Under the pieces are notes generated by a model. It was not told where the DNA came from. It searched no databases and saw nothing but the letters and a program-made list of their open reading frames with translations. The position numbers were made by a program, and so were the translations under genes. A DNA stretch of 63,891 bases, filler included, from Chiloscyllium plagiosum (lineage: Eukaryota): assembly GCF_004010195.1 (NCBI RefSeq). It is 5 parts of one record of this genome, joined end to end, with 100 filler letters (N's around TTAATTAATTAA, not from the genome) between each part and the next. Parts side by side here need not be neighbours in the genome. Positions count along the whole stretch, not along the records: positions 56,747 to 61,714 come from NC_057717.1; positions 61,815 to 63,891 come from NC_057717.1; 3 more parts are not named here. One strand, given 5' to 3'. Positions 60,801 through 63,891 of the stretch are shown here, in pieces (position 1 is the stretch's first letter; each line of letters begins with the position of its first letter).

Positions 60801-61814
60801 ACGTCCCAAACGTTAATATAACCTTCTTTAGGAAGGCCTGTTTCCCATTTGCTGTACTGATGCTCACTAACGCAGCACAGGCGTGGATTCATAACGGTGA
60901 ACTCCTTATGCTCTCTCAGCAAGTTTCAGTCCAGCAGAGCTGAAGAAAATTCTCTCAGAAGAGAGTGGGAATTGAGAAGGGACGTTCATACTCTGTTCTC
61001 TCTCTTCAGCTTTGCATCTATATCATGATATGTAGGCCAATGTTTGATACCATTTAAATGCTCTATGCTTTCATCACTGTGTGTGATCCTACTTTGCTCC
61101 CAGACCTATTGAAGGCTCAACGTTTCACTGCTTTCTGATTGACCAAGTGCGTTCATAAGGTGATGCACGAACCACCTGGCAGTTGGCAAGTTTATTGAGT
61201 CACGAACTTCGTGCGAACCTACAGGAGACAGAGAAATAGACAAAATGGGAAATTCGACTGATGCAGTCATGATTACATATGGATTACTGATCTGGAAATT
61301 TCCGGTCTCCATCCCTGAGCTGTGCTGCGTTATTGCTCTGGAATGGAGAAATCTGTTACCTGAGAAGCTGGGGTAGCTGCAAAATGTGCAGTCAGAGGGA
61401 GCAATTAGACCCATGTGGTGGAAGATACCAAATGAAGAGGTACTGATTGATATCACCATGTGCAGCGAGGTATCAGGATCAAACAATGGTCAGGTAAGAG
61501 GGGGACTGATTCATGACACACCAGTATCAGCACTCAAGGATGAATGAGATTTCAGTGGCAGAGGCAATGGCCGAGTGTTATTCTCACTAGGCTATTCATG
61601 AAGAAATTAATGCCAGTGAAAATGATACCCATCTGACTGCTTAATATTCTTTAAAGAAGGAAATCTGCTACAGTCAAGGCGGTCTGGACTATATATGACT
61701 CCAGACCGAAACCANNNNNNNNNNNNNNNNNNNNNNNNNNNNNNNNNNNNNNNNNNNNTTAATTAATTAANNNNNNNNNNNNNNNNNNNNNNNNNNNNNN
61801 NNNNNNNNNNNNNN

Positions 61815-62112
61815 GTTCAACAGAGTGTTACAAGGGGACATAAATTTAAGGTGAAGGGTGGAAGGTATAGGGGAGATGTCAGGGGTGGGTTCTTTACCCA
61901 GAGAGTGGTGGGGGCATGGAATGCGCTGCCCGTGGGAGTGGTAGAGTCGGAATCATTGGCGACCTTTAAGCGGCATTTGGATAGGTACATGGATGGGTAC
62001 TTAATCTAGGTTACAAGTTCGGCACAACATCGTGGGCCGAAGGGCCTGTTCTGTGCTGTATTGTTCTATGTTCTATGTTCTATGTTCTATGTTCTATTGT
62101 TCTATGTTCTAT
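61815..62112 (+). mobile_element. CR1 3' end with (tgttcta)n tail
   Basis: Typical CR1 3' UTR gggccgaagggcctgttctgtgctgta and tail. Confidence 0.9.
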
Positions 62113-62149
62113 CTAAGTTCACTTTACAGATCAGGAGGTTCTGGTTACG

Positions 62150-62990
62150 TTACATCAAACATGAAAGTTAATAAATTTCGAGGGACTGATCAGCTGTCCG
62201 CCGGAACATTGTGCGAAGATAGGCAAGAAGTTGTGAGATCCTGGCATAGAAACATGTATCATTTACAGCTAGAAGCGAAGTGCCTGAAATGTTCAGGGTG
62301 GCCAATCTCGTGATTATCAAAAAGAAGATCGACAGGTGACATATCCGAAAATGCCAGGGTGGCTGACTTGCTGACTTTATTTTAAAAATGGCTGCAAAGA
62401 AAAAACTGGGGACAATGGATCACTGAGATTGACATCAGTAGTGGGCAATTTGTTGTTGGGTGTTCCGAGAGATATATTTGCATGCAATTGGATTTGTAAA
62501 GACTGTTCAGGTGTAGTTAGCGTGAGTTTGATAGCTGGAAATTATGTCGCACAAGGTTGTTGGAACATTTTTGTTGAGGACAGAAACAAAACGATTCTTG
62601 AGGACAGAGTGGTAGCCGTTGACCACATTCATTTTACTGCAACCTTTGACGGGGGTATGCAATGATAAACTGATTCCTAAAATTAGATCACATGGGCTTC
62701 AGGGAGAGCTTGCCAATTTGTTTTAAAAATGGCGAGGTTGTAGGGCACAGACGGTCGTGTGGAGTGTTGTTTTCTGGACTGGAGGCCTCTGATTTGAATG
62801 CAAACTTCGAAAACAGCGTTAACAAATTTGCAGTTTACAGCAAATTGGTGGTATCCTTAACAGTGAAGAAGGTTATCAATGATACAAAGAGACCTTGTAC
62901 ATTGGGCTCATGAATGAACCAACAGTGGATCAATGCGTGGTTTTGCGTTTTTGTAAAACAAACAAGGGAAACACATATGTAGTTTCTGTT
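62150..62990 (+). mobile_element. Highly decayed CR1 ORF2 fragment
   Basis: LTSVVGNLL and NKFAVYSKL remnants. Confidence 0.55.
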
Positions 62991-63377
62991 TGTGTTACGA
63001 CACGGAGTCAAACCCCTTTGTTAATGTAAACAGCAACACAGAAAAGATGCAACTCTGCTGTGATCCTTTAAAATTCGAGAAGCAAAGAACTATCCACGTG
63101 TTAATCATTAAATATAACAAAAGACAATTTTATTCTTGAAGTCAAATAGAGAATATTAAAACGAACAACTATTACCAAGTCCTTTCTCTTACATCGATCT
63201 TTTACCTCCCATTCTGCAATACTAGTCCGATAAAAAAAAACTTGATAAAGATTTACAAAAACAACATATGTTTCAAAACTAGTCAGCTTTATCCATTCTC
63301 CTGTGTCGATATTGCTCTGCAGATTCTCCCCAGGTCAGTTCCGATGTTAAACGTCGATTCTCCTGCTCCTTGGATGT

Positions 63378-63727
63378 TTAGATTAGATTACATTACAGTG
63401 TGGAAACAGGCCCTTCGGCCCAAAAAGTCCACAACGACCCGCCGAAGCGCAACCCACCTATACCCCTACATTTACCCATTACCTAACACTATGGACAATT
63501 TAACATGGTCAATTCACCTGACACACTATGGACAATTTAACATGGTCAATTCACCTGACCCGCACATCTTTGGACTGTGGGAGGAAACCGGAGCACCCGG
63601 AGAAAACCCACGCAGACACGGGGAGAATGTGCAAACTCCACACAGTCAGTCGCCTGAGGCGGGAATTGAACCCGGGTCTCAGGCGCTGTGAGGCAGCAGT
63701 GCTAACCACTGTGCCACCGTGCCGCCC
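63378..63727 (-). mobile_element. HE1 V-SINE with internal 35-bp tandem duplication
   Basis: Same head as 44720-45022; acactatggacaatttaacatggtcaattcacctg occurs twice. Confidence 0.9.
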
Positions 63728-63891
63728 ACTTGCCACCGTGCGCACATCTCCCCTCTCTCCCCTCTCCACATCCCTACCCTCTATCTACTTCTTTCTCCCT
63801 CTACTTACATCACCCTCACGCAACACATCTCTCTCCACCTTTTCCACGTTCTCTCCCCTCCCTTTTACTCTCTATCCCCCTCTCTTCTCTC

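Noticed and set aside
60840..61500. Unique-looking stretch with small hairpins, possible ncRNA
   Set aside because: No recognisable snRNA/snoRNA motifs, and the ORFs have no recognisable homology.
62990..63345. Possible LTR fragment starting tgttacga
   Set aside because: No partner terminus, TSD or internal sequence visible.

Overview
Repeat-dominated vertebrate genomic DNA, almost certainly from an elasmobranch (shark-like), judging by HE1 V-SINEs, SacSINE1-like DeuSINEs, shark-type CR1 LINEs and shark-type GPR139-like exons. It is a scaffold with N gaps. There is no intact host gene. Host-derived sequence is limited to two separate, oppositely oriented pieces of GPR139-like GPCR genes (a TM7-less exon 2 at the left end and a frameshifted exon 1 at 43.9 kb), a C2H2 zinc-finger relic and four decayed tRNA genes (Asp, Ser, Arg-TCT, Ile-TAT). 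The main content is three decayed proviruses of one class I (gamma/epsilon-like) endogenous retrovirus family. Shared features are a tRNA-Pro PBS, a gag-pol UGA stop in a readthrough-like context, a YVDD RT and a gamma-type env with CWIC/CX6CC. All three copies carry an extra ~180-aa domain between protease and RT. Its consensus has two H-x-T/S motifs (LHCTAH...PHVSLAK), the signature of a 2H phosphoesterase. Many Penelope-like elements from at least three families carry minimal hammerhead ribozymes, including short non-autonomous fold-back copies with target-site duplications. Also present are CR1 LINEs, three satellites and two long inverted repeats. All coordinates and alignments were read by eye and element boundaries are approximate.
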